The notes beneath the pieces are model-generated. The model was not told where the DNA came from. It was given only the letters and a program-made list of their open reading frames with translations, and made no database searches. This document shows positions 30,494 through 40,864 of a stretch of DNA of 64,000 nucleotides, one piece after another (positions within the stretch are counted from its first letter, which is position 1; each line of letters begins with the position of its first letter). A program made the translations under genes and the position numbers. Origin of the DNA: a virus; IMG/VR virus record IMGVR_UViG_3300005281_000068, positions 16,253 to 80,252 of that record; one strand, written 5' to 3'.

Positions 30494-32401
30494 ATGGATA
30501 AAACTGGAAATAACTTTGGCACTAACAGCATATTAAGCAGTTCATCATCAACAAAAACTGTTACTGCTAAAGATTTGCATGGTGGAGGAGCCATGTTGAG
30601 AAGTGGATTGTTACAAGATAGAACTGGAATACCTAAAAATGTTCAAAGAAAAATGGCGAATGCTTCATTAGGGAATGTTAGAATGGGATCGCCTAGTTTT
30701 TATCATCCAATGTTCCAAAATATGAACATTATGCTTCCAAGAGATAGACGCGAAAGAAATGAATGGTGTAGACATTTTTATAGAACTGAACCTGTTATAG
30801 CGACTGCTCTAGATTTGCATACTGAATTTCCAATTTCTGATTTTAGTAACGTATGTTCTGATAATGGAATAAAAGCTTTTTTTGACTTTATGGCATTCGA
30901 AAGATTAGATATAGTTAATTTGTTGTTAGATATTGGACTAGAGTTTTGGAAAATTGGAGACGTTTTTCCATTTGGACAATTAAATGAAAATGACGGTATG
31001 TGGGAAAGATTTGTTATATTAAATCCAGATTATATAGATATTAAATCTTCAATTTTAGCTGGTGATCAAGTTATAGAGTTAATACCAGATGAACAAATTA
31101 AAGCTATTGTTTCTGCTGGTCCAAGAGGAGAATATGGTTCAATATATAATCAATTACCAGAAGATGTAATTAGACAAGTTAGAGCTGGAAGAAATATTAG
31201 ATTGGATAATAGATTGGTTTCTCATATCGCGCATAAAGCTTCTCAATATGAGACTTGGGGAACTCCTATTATGATGAGATGTTTTAAGACTTTAATATAT
31301 AAAGATAAACTTAGAGAAGCTCAAAATTCTATTGCTAATAGACATATTACCCCTTTAAGAATTTTCAAAGTTGGAGCTCCAGGTGAACCAATGCCTCAAC
31401 AATCTGATTTAGATAGTTTGCGTGATTCATTATTGATGGCTGATGATGATCCTAATCATATTTTAGTATATCATTATGCTTTGCAAACAGACTATGTTGG
31501 TTCTAACGGAAGAATTCTCCCATTAAATCAAGAATTTGATTTTATTCAAAAAGAATTAATGAATGGTTTAGGTATAAATCAAGCTATGTTAAATGGTGAA
31601 GGTCCAACTTATGCAAATGCTCAAGTTGGTATGGACGCTTTAGCTAGAAGATACATGTCGTATAGAATAAGACTTGAATCTTGGATAAGAAATAAAGTTT
31701 ATAGACCAATTTCTGAAATTCAAGGATTTTATAAACCCGTTAATGGAACTATCGCTACAAGATATTTGAGTGAAAAAGAACAAAGAAAATTAGCATCTAG
31801 AAAAGAAATGCAATTAATTGTCCCTAGTATAGCATGGCAACAAAGAGATTTGACATCAAATCAATCGGTTCTGAATTTTATTCAGCAACTTCAATCAAAA
31901 AATCTTGTTTCTATGCATACTATATTACCTATGTTGAATTTAGATCCAGAAACAGAAATGAAAAACTTAGAAAAAGAAAGAGGAACAGTATTTGACGCTA
32001 ACGCTCCTAAAATTCAAACCCCAAGCAGTCCTGGAAATGCTGGACCATCTGGGGGTCCTGGAGGAGTTACTCCTCCAAGTGGAGGTCCAAATAAACCTTC
32101 TTCTCCTCCAGAAGGAAATTCAAGCGGGAAACCTTCAAATGCTCCTAACCCTAACGCTTATGGATTCCCGGGTCCTCAAGGACCACCAAATACAAAAGCA
32201 CCTTCTCCTAATGCTGACGGCCCAAATAAGGTTCCAAGCAATAGTAACCCAGTTCCTAGTGTTCAAAATGAACCTAGCGGAGACTCAAAAGGAGCATCGT
32301 TTGGCGATTTTTTAGAAAAAAACGGGGAGACAGAAGCGTCTATGGCTTCCCGTTCATTAGAAGCCAAAATAAAGAAAATAAGACGCAAGGAAAACAAATA
32401 A
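30494..32401 (+). CDS. portal protein with Pro/Gly-rich C-terminal tail
   Basis: Size and position before MuF-like/protease/MCP genes; FWKIGDVFPF, VSHIAHK..YETWGTP, GLGINQAMLNGEG.TYANA portal-like motifs. Confidence 0.85.
   Translation: MDKTGNNFGTNSILSSSSSTKTVTAKDLHGGGAMLRSGLLQDRTGIPKNVQRKMANASLGNVRMGSPSFYHPMFQNMNIMLPRDRRERNEWCRHFYRTEPVIATALDLHTEFPISDFSNVCSDNGIKAFFDFMAFERLDIVNLLLDIGLEFWKIGDVFPFGQLNENDGMWERFVILNPDYIDIKSSILAGDQVIELIPDEQIKAIVSAGPRGEYGSIYNQLPEDVIRQVRAGRNIRLDNRLVSHIAHKASQYETWGTPIMMRCFKTLIYKDKLREAQNSIANRHITPLRIFKVGAPGEPMPQQSDLDSLRDSLLMADDDPNHILVYHYALQTDYVGSNGRILPLNQEFDFIQKELMNGLGINQAMLNGEGPTYANAQVGMDALARRYMSYRIRLESWIRNKVYRPISEIQGFYKPVNGTIATRYLSEKEQRKLASRKEMQLIVPSIAWQQRDLTSNQSVLNFIQQLQSKNLVSMHTILPMLNLDPETEMKNLEKERGTVFDANAPKIQTPSSPGNAGPSGGPGGVTPPSGGPNKPSSPPEGNSSGKPSNAPNPNAYGFPGPQGPPNTKAPSPNADGPNKVPSNSNPVPSVQNEPSGDSKGASFGDFLEKNGETEASMASRSLEAKIKKIRRKENK
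32308..32386 (+). promoter_or_regulatory. candidate -1 programmed ribosomal frameshift signal (T TTT TTA plus pseudoknot)
   Basis: In-frame heptamer 32308-32314, 6-nt spacer, stem AACGGGGAG/CTTCCCGTT, loop GCGTCT complementary to AGACGC 32381-32386. Confidence 0.7.
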
Positions 32402-32457
32402 ATGATGAAATTATTGTTGTTGAAGAAGGTTGGAAGGAATTATTAGAAAAAATTTGG

Positions 32458-33723
32458 GTGAGTAAAACGGTGAAAAAATATATTTTGTCAATCGAATTAG
32501 AAACAAAAGAATATTTTGAACAGTTTATATCTGAAATTTTAGGTAAAATAGATAAAGATAAATCTATTTTACCTAATGAAGATGTAAATGAATGTACCGA
32601 CTCATTTTTAAATAATTTTATATCTTTATTAGATTATTATGTTGAGGGAATATATTATAGTGGAAAATTAGTAAGTAGAAAAAAATTAAATTTACAAAAT
32701 CCGGTCCCTCCAGAAGGAGAACGTTATTATTTTACAGATAATGATAAAGAATTTATTAAAAAATATAAATATTTGAAATTACCTTTATTAAAAGAAAATC
32801 TAAAAAAAGCACTTGTAGATTATATTAATCACAATTGCAATAAAGAAAATATTAATGAAAAATCTTTCAATTTATTTGAGGAATTTTTTGAATATAATGT
32901 TATGGAGATAATCGATTTATTCAAAAGAGCTCAGATTGAAGAATATTCAAATTTAAATATTGATAAAATTAGATTTTTATCTGACGAAGATAATTGTTGT
33001 ATTTTATGTTCTTCTAAATCAAATAAAGTTTATACTTTAGAAAGTATTAAAAGTGAATTTGGTATAAAAGATGGATTGAAACATTCATTTTGTAAATTTT
33101 CATTTGAGCCAGTATCTTCAAATTTATTTACAAATATTAACTACAAAAATGTTGAATTTGAAAATATTCCAATTGAATATTTATCTAGAGCTAAAAATGT
33201 TATAGATAAATTAAAACTTGTTTTTACTAATATTAATAATAAAAAAATAATTTTCATTAATGATTCTAATGATGATAGTAATTGGAAAGATTCAATTATT
33301 GAATATTATGTATCTAAAAATGAAAATGATTTAAATCAAATAAATGATAATATTATAAATTCTATAGTTAATGATATACAAATCTTTAATAAAAATCAAA
33401 ATGAATCTTTTGTATATTTATCAAATATAAATTATCAAGATATAGAATATTTGATTTTAAAATCTATATTATTTGATATAGATATAGAAGATTTGGTGGT
33501 TTCAATATTTAACAATAAAAAAGAATCTAAAGAAGTTGGTGGAAATGCAGCTATATATAAAGATTTATTTATTAGTTATTTAGCTGAAGAATCGCCAAAA
33601 AGTTATTTAATTGAATCTATAATTTTTTATATTTACAAACCTAATAGATTAAAAATTATAGATAGAGAAATATTTAATTATATTGAACAAAATAAAACAA
33701 AGATAGGGGAGAAGTTAATTTGA
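32458..33723 (+). CDS. MuF/SPP1 gp7-like minor head protein (frame open from 32278)
   Basis: Directly after portal; DEDNCCILC...HSFCKF resembles the MuF Cys/His motif; no clear RBS before GTG 32458. Confidence 0.55.
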   Translation: MSKTVKKYILSIELETKEYFEQFISEILGKIDKDKSILPNEDVNECTDSFLNNFISLLDYYVEGIYYSGKLVSRKKLNLQNPVPPEGERYYFTDNDKEFIKKYKYLKLPLLKENLKKALVDYINHNCNKENINEKSFNLFEEFFEYNVMEIIDLFKRAQIEEYSNLNIDKIRFLSDEDNCCILCSSKSNKVYTLESIKSEFGIKDGLKHSFCKFSFEPVSSNLFTNINYKNVEFENIPIEYLSRAKNVIDKLKLVFTNINNKKIIFINDSNDDSNWKDSIIEYYVSKNENDLNQINDNIINSIVNDIQIFNKNQNESFVYLSNINYQDIEYLILKSILFDIDIEDLVVSIFNNKKESKEVGGNAAIYKDLFISYLAEESPKSYLIESIIFYIYKPNRLKIIDREIFNYIEQNKTKIGEKLI

Positions 33724-34079
33724 GTAAAATATTAGGAATTATATGTGATATTTCAAATAGCTCCCCTGTTGGAGTTATAGCTAGTAATATAAGTGATAAA
33801 GAAATAGTTTTTATTACAAAAAACAAAAGTTTAGATATAGTTATAGAAACTTTATTGGAAGACAATATTTTTCTTCAAAAAAGAGAAGAATTAAATGGTT
33901 CAAATATGATATTAAATGAAAAAATAGATATTAATGATGAATATTTTTTCATATCATTAAATTATTCTTTACCTATTCCTTATAGAATTATGGGTATAAA
34001 AGAGTTTGATGGAGATGTAGAAAAAATTGTATTTGAAACATTTAATTATTTAGTAAAGGAGGATTTATATGAAAAGTAG
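33720..34079 (+). CDS. hypothetical protein
   Basis: 119-aa ORF with GGGGAG RBS. Confidence 0.65.
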   Translation: MSKILGIICDISNSSPVGVIASNISDKEIVFITKNKSLDIVIETLLEDNIFLQKREELNGSNMILNEKIDINDEYFFISLNYSLPIPYRIMGIKEFDGDVEKIVFETFNYLVKEDLYEK

Positions 34080-34749
34080 ATTGAGAAAAATAGCGAACCA
34101 TGTAGATCAATATATTCATAAAGAAGTAGAATATATGGTTTCAAAACCTAATTTAAAAGAGCAAGAAGATAGATCATTTGAGTTTAGCATAGCTAAAAAA
34201 TTATTTGCTTGTACACCGTTTGTTCATTTTAACAGTATTGTATATAAATTTGCTGAAAGATTAAGAAATGGAGATTATGGAGTTATTACTTCTTTTGCTG
34301 AAATAGATAATGATTTAGATAAATGGTTAAAAATATTGAATGATTTCTTAAACGAAGAAAAAGTTTCTGATAGTAAGTTTTATAATCAAATAAAAACAGC
34401 GAACAATAACTTATATAATGTTCAACATACAGATTCTCTTTATACAAAAGATTATTTAGATATGAATAAGGACGTAAAAAAAGATAATGTTCCAATGCGA
34501 AATCCCGAAAAAGAAAACTTTATAAATAATAGTTTTTTATTAGCGAAAGATTTAATTAATAGTTTGCCAATAGTTCCAAGATATGATTTAATGTCTCAAA
34601 TAGCACAAGATATTGAACGTGGTGATTATGATGATATTTCACCAATGAGTGAAGCTAGAAATCATTGGGATGAGTGGTTATTGAGAACAAAACAGATTCT
34701 TCGATTTAGGAATATTATTTTATCTCAAAAAAGATTATTAAGAAGATAA
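34069..34749 (+). CDS. putative head protein with basic N-terminal motif
   Basis: MKSRLRKIAN; two similar internal segments (ERLRNGDYGVI...DKWL / DIERGDYDDI...DEWL). Confidence 0.7.
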   Translation: MKSRLRKIANHVDQYIHKEVEYMVSKPNLKEQEDRSFEFSIAKKLFACTPFVHFNSIVYKFAERLRNGDYGVITSFAEIDNDLDKWLKILNDFLNEEKVSDSKFYNQIKTANNNLYNVQHTDSLYTKDYLDMNKDVKKDNVPMRNPEKENFINNSFLLAKDLINSLPIVPRYDLMSQIAQDIERGDYDDISPMSEARNHWDEWLLRTKQILRFRNIILSQKRLLRR

Positions 34750-34806
34750 TGTAAAATCTCTAATTACAATAACTGTAATTAGAGATTTTTTATAAGGAGT
34801 ATATAA

Positions 34807-35085
34807 ATGAAACAAATAAAAAAAATTTTTGATAGATTTTTTAATAATCAACATCCAATTAAACATAAGATTCAAGTAAGATGGTTTGATGATACAAAAA
34901 ACTTCTTAATTTTATTCCATTATCATCATGTTTTACTTATTTATGATATTAAAAAAAATGAATCAATATATGAATGGTATGAAGTGAAAACAGATAAAGC
35001 GATATTAGATGCATCTAAAAAATATTTAAATGATAGATTTGAAGGAGAAAATAATGAGAACGACACCTTTTTATTTAATAGATGA
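34807..35085 (+). CDS. hypothetical protein
   Basis: AAGGAG RBS, 92 aa. Confidence 0.6.
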   Translation: MKQIKKIFDRFFNNQHPIKHKIQVRWFDDTKNFLILFHYHHVLLIYDIKKNESIYEWYEVKTDKAILDASKKYLNDRFEGENNENDTFLFNR

Positions 35086-35278
35086 ATTAAGTAAAAAATA
35101 TATAGGATTTCAATATATAGGGATGTCAAGTGAAGATATTGAATTCTATTTAACAAATAATCAAGATGAAGCATCGGGATTTATGTACGAAGAAACAGCA
35201 GATTTATATAGAGATAAATATAAGCGAATTTTAAATAAAGAATCATATATTTTTGAGGATTTAAAAAAATATTATTAG
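35054..35278 (+). CDS. hypothetical protein
   Basis: GAAGGAG RBS before MRTTPF. Confidence 0.55.
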   Translation: MRTTPFYLIDELSKKYIGFQYIGMSSEDIEFYLTNNQDEASGFMYEETADLYRDKYKRILNKESYIFEDLKKYY

Positions 35279-35286
35279 GTGATTAT

Positions 35287-36144
35287 ATGAAAGATTTATA
35301 TATTAGTGGAATTATGCCAACTTATAATGTTCTTTCTGGACAGTATCCTTTTGTTGAATGTATAATATTGGCTTTACCTTTAGTTGATGAGATGATTATA
35401 ATGGATTTGGGTTCTGATGATGGAACAAAAGATGTTTTAGAAAAAATAGCATCATTAAATAATAAAATTAAATTAAAATATATTAATGTTGATTTTGAAA
35501 AATATAAAAGTTATGAAGCAATAGATATTAATTTTATTGATACTATGTATAATGATGCAAAAGGAAATTGGATAATAGCTTTTCATGCGGATGAGTTTTT
35601 TCATCCATCAGAATATGATGTAATAAGAAAAACAATTTATAAAGCTCATATTGAAAATTACAATAGTATTAGACATTCTTTATATCATATTGATCGTTTA
35701 TCTTATTTATGTGATGATGTAAATTGGAATAGAGTTAGAATTTTTAGAAAAATTAAAGGTTTGGTATCTAAAGATGCTATTGATGGATTTTATGTTAATA
35801 ATTGTTTTGAAGTTCCTCAAGGATATGTTCAAAGTAATATTCAACCAGAATTATATTCTAACGATATTACTTCACATCATCTCGGGAATATTTTTCTAAA
35901 AGGCAGAATATTGGCAAATATGAGACATAAAGATGTTTTCAAAACTCAAGATATTGTTAGAATAGAACATAATGAACAATTAAAAGAATTTTACAATATT
36001 AAAGACGTTGACGATTTGAAAAATTTTCATTTCTTTTATACTTATGAATCATTTCATCCAAGATTACCAGATATTTTTAAAGGTTTAATGGAAATGAAAG
36101 AGTATTATGTTAGAGATGAACTTTATAATTTATTAAAACAGTAA
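35287..36144 (+). CDS. glycosyltransferase family 2
   Basis: IMPTYN...VDEMIIMDLGSDDGT...GNWIIAFHADE. Confidence 0.85.
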   Translation: MKDLYISGIMPTYNVLSGQYPFVECIILALPLVDEMIIMDLGSDDGTKDVLEKIASLNNKIKLKYINVDFEKYKSYEAIDINFIDTMYNDAKGNWIIAFHADEFFHPSEYDVIRKTIYKAHIENYNSIRHSLYHIDRLSYLCDDVNWNRVRIFRKIKGLVSKDAIDGFYVNNCFEVPQGYVQSNIQPELYSNDITSHHLGNIFLKGRILANMRHKDVFKTQDIVRIEHNEQLKEFYNIKDVDDLKNFHFFYTYESFHPRLPDIFKGLMEMKEYYVRDELYNLLKQ

Positions 36145-36308
36145 TTTTTATTTAAAATAAAGTAATAGATTATGAAAAATTATTAAATATATTTAAATAA
36201 TTGCCAAAATTAATTAAAACTATAATAAATGTATCAAATGGTTGTTTACAATTTATCTATCACATTATATAATTATTATATAATATATAAATTAGGAGGA
36301 CATATCGT

Positions 36309-36896
36309 TTGAACAATGAAGATATTTTAAATATTTATATGTATGGTTCAAGAGTTTACGAAACAAATAGTGATAACTCAGATTACGATTATATAGTTGT
36401 TAAAAAAGGTAATAATGATTTAATTACTCAAATTAATAATGAAAATTCAAACATTACAATATATGATGAAAAATCATTTCAAAATTCAATAAATGAACAT
36501 GAAATAAGCGTATTAGAATGTTTGTTTTTACCAGAAAAATATATTCTTAGACAAGAGAAAATATTTAATTTTGAATTAAATTTATTGAAATTAAGAGAAT
36601 CGATTTCTAAAAAATCATCCAATAGTTGGGTAAAATGCAAAAAGAAATTAACAATACCGGAAGATTATAATGAGTATATTGGTAAAAAAAGTTTGTTTCA
36701 TTCTTTAAGAATATTATCTTTTGGGATTCAAATAGCTAAATATGGAAAAATTATTGATTATAAAGAAGCTAATAATTATTGGTATGAAATTATTAATAAT
36801 CAATCAAAAGATTGGGAACACTATAAAGAAAAATATCAACAAACTTTTAATAAATTAAAGTCTGAATTTAAAATGGTTGCCCCTAAAAGAGGATAA
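36309..36896 (+). CDS. minimal nucleotidyltransferase (Pol-beta family)
   Basis: YMYGSRVY.TN...SDYDYIVV; KSLFHSLRI helix. Confidence 0.8.
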   Translation: MNNEDILNIYMYGSRVYETNSDNSDYDYIVVKKGNNDLITQINNENSNITIYDEKSFQNSINEHEISVLECLFLPEKYILRQEKIFNFELNLLKLRESISKKSSNSWVKCKKKLTIPEDYNEYIGKKSLFHSLRILSFGIQIAKYGKIIDYKEANNYWYEIINNQSKDWEHYKEKYQQTFNKLKSEFKMVAPKRG

Positions 36897-37236
36897 TTAT
36901 GAGTAATAAATATTTAATAGAAACAAAATTAAAAGAATTAAATTTTATAGAAAATTTTTATGTTGATATTATAAAAAATACTACAAATAAAAATTTGAAT
37001 TCACACAAAAAGATAAGTTAAAGATAATAGTATGGATAAATGAAACTTTATATGCATCTTATATTTTAATTCGTAATAAAAAGATTAATGACATTATTAA
37101 AGAAACAATATATACAAATTATTATTTAGATATTTATTATAAATAAAAGGGCCAATTGGCCTTTTTATTATGTTAGTTATAATATTACTTTTAATTCAAT
37201 ATATTATAAGATATAATTGAGTTAAATTTTAACGAG

Positions 37237-38151
37237 GTGACATTAATGATTAAATATACAAAACCAATGAAGATAGAGAAATATAGTAACAGGGTTGAAC
37301 AAGTAGTTTTAAATCCAAATAAAAAAATTGATTTAACTGTATTATCTCAATCTAAAACATTAGATATGAGTAATTTAGTGAAAACAGCTTCAAAAGTTGT
37401 TAAAATTGCTCCTAAAGAAGATGATTTTCTTTATGTTAGAGTTAGAGCTGTTTCAGCTGGTAATGTAATAGAACAACCAGATGGTTCAGCACAACATATT
37501 GATATTGATGAATATTTAAAAAATCTAAAAATGTATGGTAATAGAAGTAGAGGATGCAATAGTAATGGAGATTTTTTCTCTTATGAAGAATTAAAAAGAA
37601 CGTATAAAACATTTATTGGTAAATCTGCTTTTGTTGACCATAATAATGAAAATGTTGAAAATGCAAGAGGTATTATCTTAGATGCTATTTGGAATGAAAG
37701 AGGAAAATTTGTTGAATTACTTATAGCTGTAGATAAAAAAGGATTTCCAGAATTATGTAGAGGAATAGAAATGGGGTACATTACTGACGTTTCTATGGGA
37801 TGTCGTTGCAGTAAGTCTGTATGTTCTTATTGCGGTAATGAAGCTATTACTGAAGATGAATTTTGTGAGCATGTGAAAATGTATAAAGGCGGAACTTATA
37901 ATGGGATTCCAGTGTTTGAAGATAATAGAGGAGTAGAATTTTTTGAAATTAGTTTTGTTAGTGAAGGTGCTGATAGAGACGCTAAAATTTTAGAAAAAGT
38001 AGCATCAAGAAATTCTAATAAAGTTAATACTCAATCAAAAACTGCATATAAAAATGATATGTTAGTAAAAGTTGCTAGTGAAAAAAATAAAAGATATGAA
38101 GTTGGAGAAAAATCTTTTTTTGATAGATTAAAAGATTTACCTTGGTCTTAA
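37237..38151 (+). CDS. prohead (capsid maturation) protease
   Basis: NSNGDFF, FVDHN (His), DVSMGC (Ser), CSYCG...CEH, FFEISFV..GAD; lies upstream of scaffold/MCP. Confidence 0.8.
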   Translation: MTLMIKYTKPMKIEKYSNRVEQVVLNPNKKIDLTVLSQSKTLDMSNLVKTASKVVKIAPKEDDFLYVRVRAVSAGNVIEQPDGSAQHIDIDEYLKNLKMYGNRSRGCNSNGDFFSYEELKRTYKTFIGKSAFVDHNNENVENARGIILDAIWNERGKFVELLIAVDKKGFPELCRGIEMGYITDVSMGCRCSKSVCSYCGNEAITEDEFCEHVKMYKGGTYNGIPVFEDNRGVEFFEISFVSEGADRDAKILEKVASRNSNKVNTQSKTAYKNDMLVKVASEKNKRYEVGEKSFFDRLKDLPWS

Positions 38152-38167
38152 AGGAGAAGAAGTTGTT

Positions 38168-38566
38168 ATGAAATCTAGATTGAAAAAAATTGCATTAATT
38201 TCACCTGAGTCTGCCGAGAAATATATTGAGCAATTAAGTGATAAAGGTAGAGATGTATTAAAAGTTATAGAAGATTATAAGTTTTTTCTAGATCAAACTA
38301 TTAGAGTAATAGGTTCAAACCCTAATATGGCTTCTATGCTTGAGAGAAAGAAAAAAAATCTCGATCAAGCATCTCAACAAATTTATGATGCGGTATTTGA
38401 AATTGAAAATATGGATATTACAACTAGTTATTATAATCAACAAACGCAAACTGAATTATCAAAAGGCCCAGTAGAACAAAAACCTAATGTTCAACAGGGT
38501 CCAAAAAATGACGATCAAAAAGAACAACCTAAAAATGAAGAAAAAGATAATAAAGGAGAAAAGTAA
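38168..38566 (+). CDS. putative head protein with basic N-terminal motif
   Basis: MKSRLKKIAL; AAGGAG RBS. Confidence 0.7.
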   Translation: MKSRLKKIALISPESAEKYIEQLSDKGRDVLKVIEDYKFFLDQTIRVIGSNPNMASMLERKKKNLDQASQQIYDAVFEIENMDITTSYYNQQTQTELSKGPVEQKPNVQQGPKNDDQKEQPKNEEKDNKGEK

Positions 38567-38568
38567 AA

Positions 38569-39981
38569 ATGAGCAAATTGAGTAAAGAAATAAACTCTTC
38601 AAAAGAACAAGAATACGCTCATAAATACCCCATTGATAATCAACAAAATTATCAATATCCAAATGAAGATAAAAGAATTCCTCTTCAAAACGAAACATCA
38701 ATTGATGATAACTATAATGTTCAAACTGAAAATGTTTCTCAAAAAAGAGAAAACAAATTAAGAGTTCGTCTTAATTTGGAAAATATAACCAACGAACATA
38801 AAGAAAATGTATATAAAGTAAGAATAAATAAACCTATTTTTACTGGAACTAACGTTGGAACAGAAAATATGCAAAATCAAAATAACGCTAGAGAAGATGA
38901 AATTAAAAAAATAAATGAAAGTTCTCAATTATTCGAACAAAAAATAGAACTAGAAAACTCTTTGGATCTAACTACCCCTAAAGGGAGAATTGAAACTACT
39001 CATATAGATTGTTGTTTTGAAATTGGGGATAAAGTATCTCATATAGAAGAAGATATAAAAGGAGAAGTTAAATTTGTGGGGAAAAATACTCTTTCTGTAG
39101 TATGGGAAGATAATACTAGAGAAAGATTTGATATTACTATTGCAAGTAAATCATTAAAAAAATTATCTTATGTCGATACAACCCAACAACAGGTAGCTCC
39201 TTTAGATACGACTCCTTTCCCTAAAAATGATGAGAAAATAAGTCCCGCTGTTGAAAAAGCATTAAAAGCTTTAAGTGAAGATGATACAGAAGATGATATT
39301 ATTGAATCAGGTATAGATATTGAAAAATTAAAACTTAAAAGAAAAATTGGAGAATTAGAACATAAAGTTGAATCAGAAAATATAGAGAAAATAAAAACAA
39401 AAGCAGCAAAAGAATTTATTGAGCTAATGAAAGCTAAAAAAATGATTAATTCTGAGGAAGAAGAAAAAATTCAATTTGAAAATATTATGAAAATGGATGA
39501 TGAAGGATTTGAAGCTTTCAAACTGGCTATTCTATCATCTAAAGAATCAACAGATTATGATGATGTTCTTTCTGTTCTTGAAGATGATGATTTTTCAGAC
39601 ATAGAAGATGGAAGAGAATATGCTATGGCGAGAGAAGCTATGAAAAAAATTAATACTGCTAAAAGAAGTTTAGATGGGATTGAAATGGGAGATACTTCTT
39701 TCTTTGAAAACGGAGGACTTAAAAATTTCAAACCAGTCATTGGTGATTTTAGTTCATCAAATTCATCATCAGAATATTCTGAGACAAGAAGTTTATCAGC
39801 AGCTGCTAATGGTAGAAAATCAATAGAAAGAAAAGCAAGTAATTTAGATTTATCTTCTTTTGAAGGAATACAAGGTATTAAAACTCCTATAAATATTCCA
39901 TCTAAAGAAATGACTCGATCTTCAACTTTTAGTGAATTATTTAATAGCTTAAATTGGACTACAACTTCAATGAGGAAATAA
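38569..39981 (+). CDS. putative capsid scaffolding protein
   Basis: Acidic/coiled-coil, between protease and capsid genes. Confidence 0.6.
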   Translation: MSKLSKEINSSKEQEYAHKYPIDNQQNYQYPNEDKRIPLQNETSIDDNYNVQTENVSQKRENKLRVRLNLENITNEHKENVYKVRINKPIFTGTNVGTENMQNQNNAREDEIKKINESSQLFEQKIELENSLDLTTPKGRIETTHIDCCFEIGDKVSHIEEDIKGEVKFVGKNTLSVVWEDNTRERFDITIASKSLKKLSYVDTTQQQVAPLDTTPFPKNDEKISPAVEKALKALSEDDTEDDIIESGIDIEKLKLKRKIGELEHKVESENIEKIKTKAAKEFIELMKAKKMINSEEEEKIQFENIMKMDDEGFEAFKLAILSSKESTDYDDVLSVLEDDDFSDIEDGREYAMAREAMKKINTAKRSLDGIEMGDTSFFENGGLKNFKPVIGDFSSSNSSSEYSETRSLSAAANGRKSIERKASNLDLSSFEGIQGIKTPINIPSKEMTRSSTFSELFNSLNWTTTSMRK

Positions 39982-40009
39982 AGCTGAAAAAATTTTCAGC
40001 TTTTTTTTT
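39981..40009 (+). terminator. Rho-independent terminator
   Basis: AAGCTGAAAA/TTTTCAGCTT plus T-tract. Confidence 0.75.
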
Positions 40010-40316
40010 GTGTTACTGTAATAAAACTCATAATTCGTTCTATTTATTTAACAGATTAAACAACAAGCAAGTAAAATTTTATATTCATTTGTTTTATAAG
40101 AAAAGTTTAAAAAAATAAAATCAAATGTTATATTTAACACTAGTTTCATTATTTTTACTACAGAAGAAGGTGAGCTAGTAAAAAAAAGTTTGAAATATTT
40201 TTTTCGACTTGTAATAATTTTAGACTTTACTCTTATATAAAAAATGTATATAAATTTTTGCCTAGCCACTAAAAATAATAATAAAAATGTTAATTACACT
40301 TGGAGGTGCTTTTATA

Positions 40317-40835
40317 ATGGCAGGTGGATTCAAAAAATTTGGACCTACGTATAATTCTACACCATACGTACGTCTTGGTTATGAAGGTATTTTAAATGGT
40401 GCTCATGATATCGATCCAGCAATCGTAGCAGCTGGTGGTAATGATGGTACTGGTGAAGCTGGTGAACTAGCTGGTAAATTTGCTGCAATTGGTGCAGATG
40501 GTGTTAAATTGGCTTCTGCTGGTGGAGCGGATGCAATTGGTTTATTTAGAGAAGATTTAGGCGATATGATTAATGCTTCAGGTAAAGCGACTTTCTATTT
40601 CCGCGGCGGTGAATACTATGTAGCCCTTTCTCGTTGCGGTGCAGGTGCTGATCAATTAGTTCCTGGTGACGAAATTACTTCTGATGCAGAAGGTAAAATC
40701 GTTAAAGCTGTAAGCGGAGATAAAGTGCTTGGTGTTGTTACTTATGTTGGTGGCTATACTACTGGTAACATGTATGCTAACGCTGGCGACGCTGCTAACG
40801 GTGGAGTATTTATCGGATTTATTATGAATATTTAA
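40317..40835 (+). CDS. capsid decoration (cement) protein
   Basis: GGAGGTG RBS; Gly/Ala-rich ~172 aa directly before MCP; highly-expressed-type codons. Confidence 0.75.
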   Translation: MAGGFKKFGPTYNSTPYVRLGYEGILNGAHDIDPAIVAAGGNDGTGEAGELAGKFAAIGADGVKLASAGGADAIGLFREDLGDMINASGKATFYFRGGEYYVALSRCGAGADQLVPGDEITSDAEGKIVKAVSGDKVLGVVTYVGGYTTGNMYANAGDAANGGVFIGFIMNI

Positions 40836-40864
40836 TAGAGAGAAACTGCGGAGGTGCTTATATA

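Noticed and set aside
31992..32315. 107-aa alternative-frame ORF in the portal tail
   Set aside because: Shadow of the GC-richer Pro/Gly linker; no RBS; not the frame that joins the downstream gene
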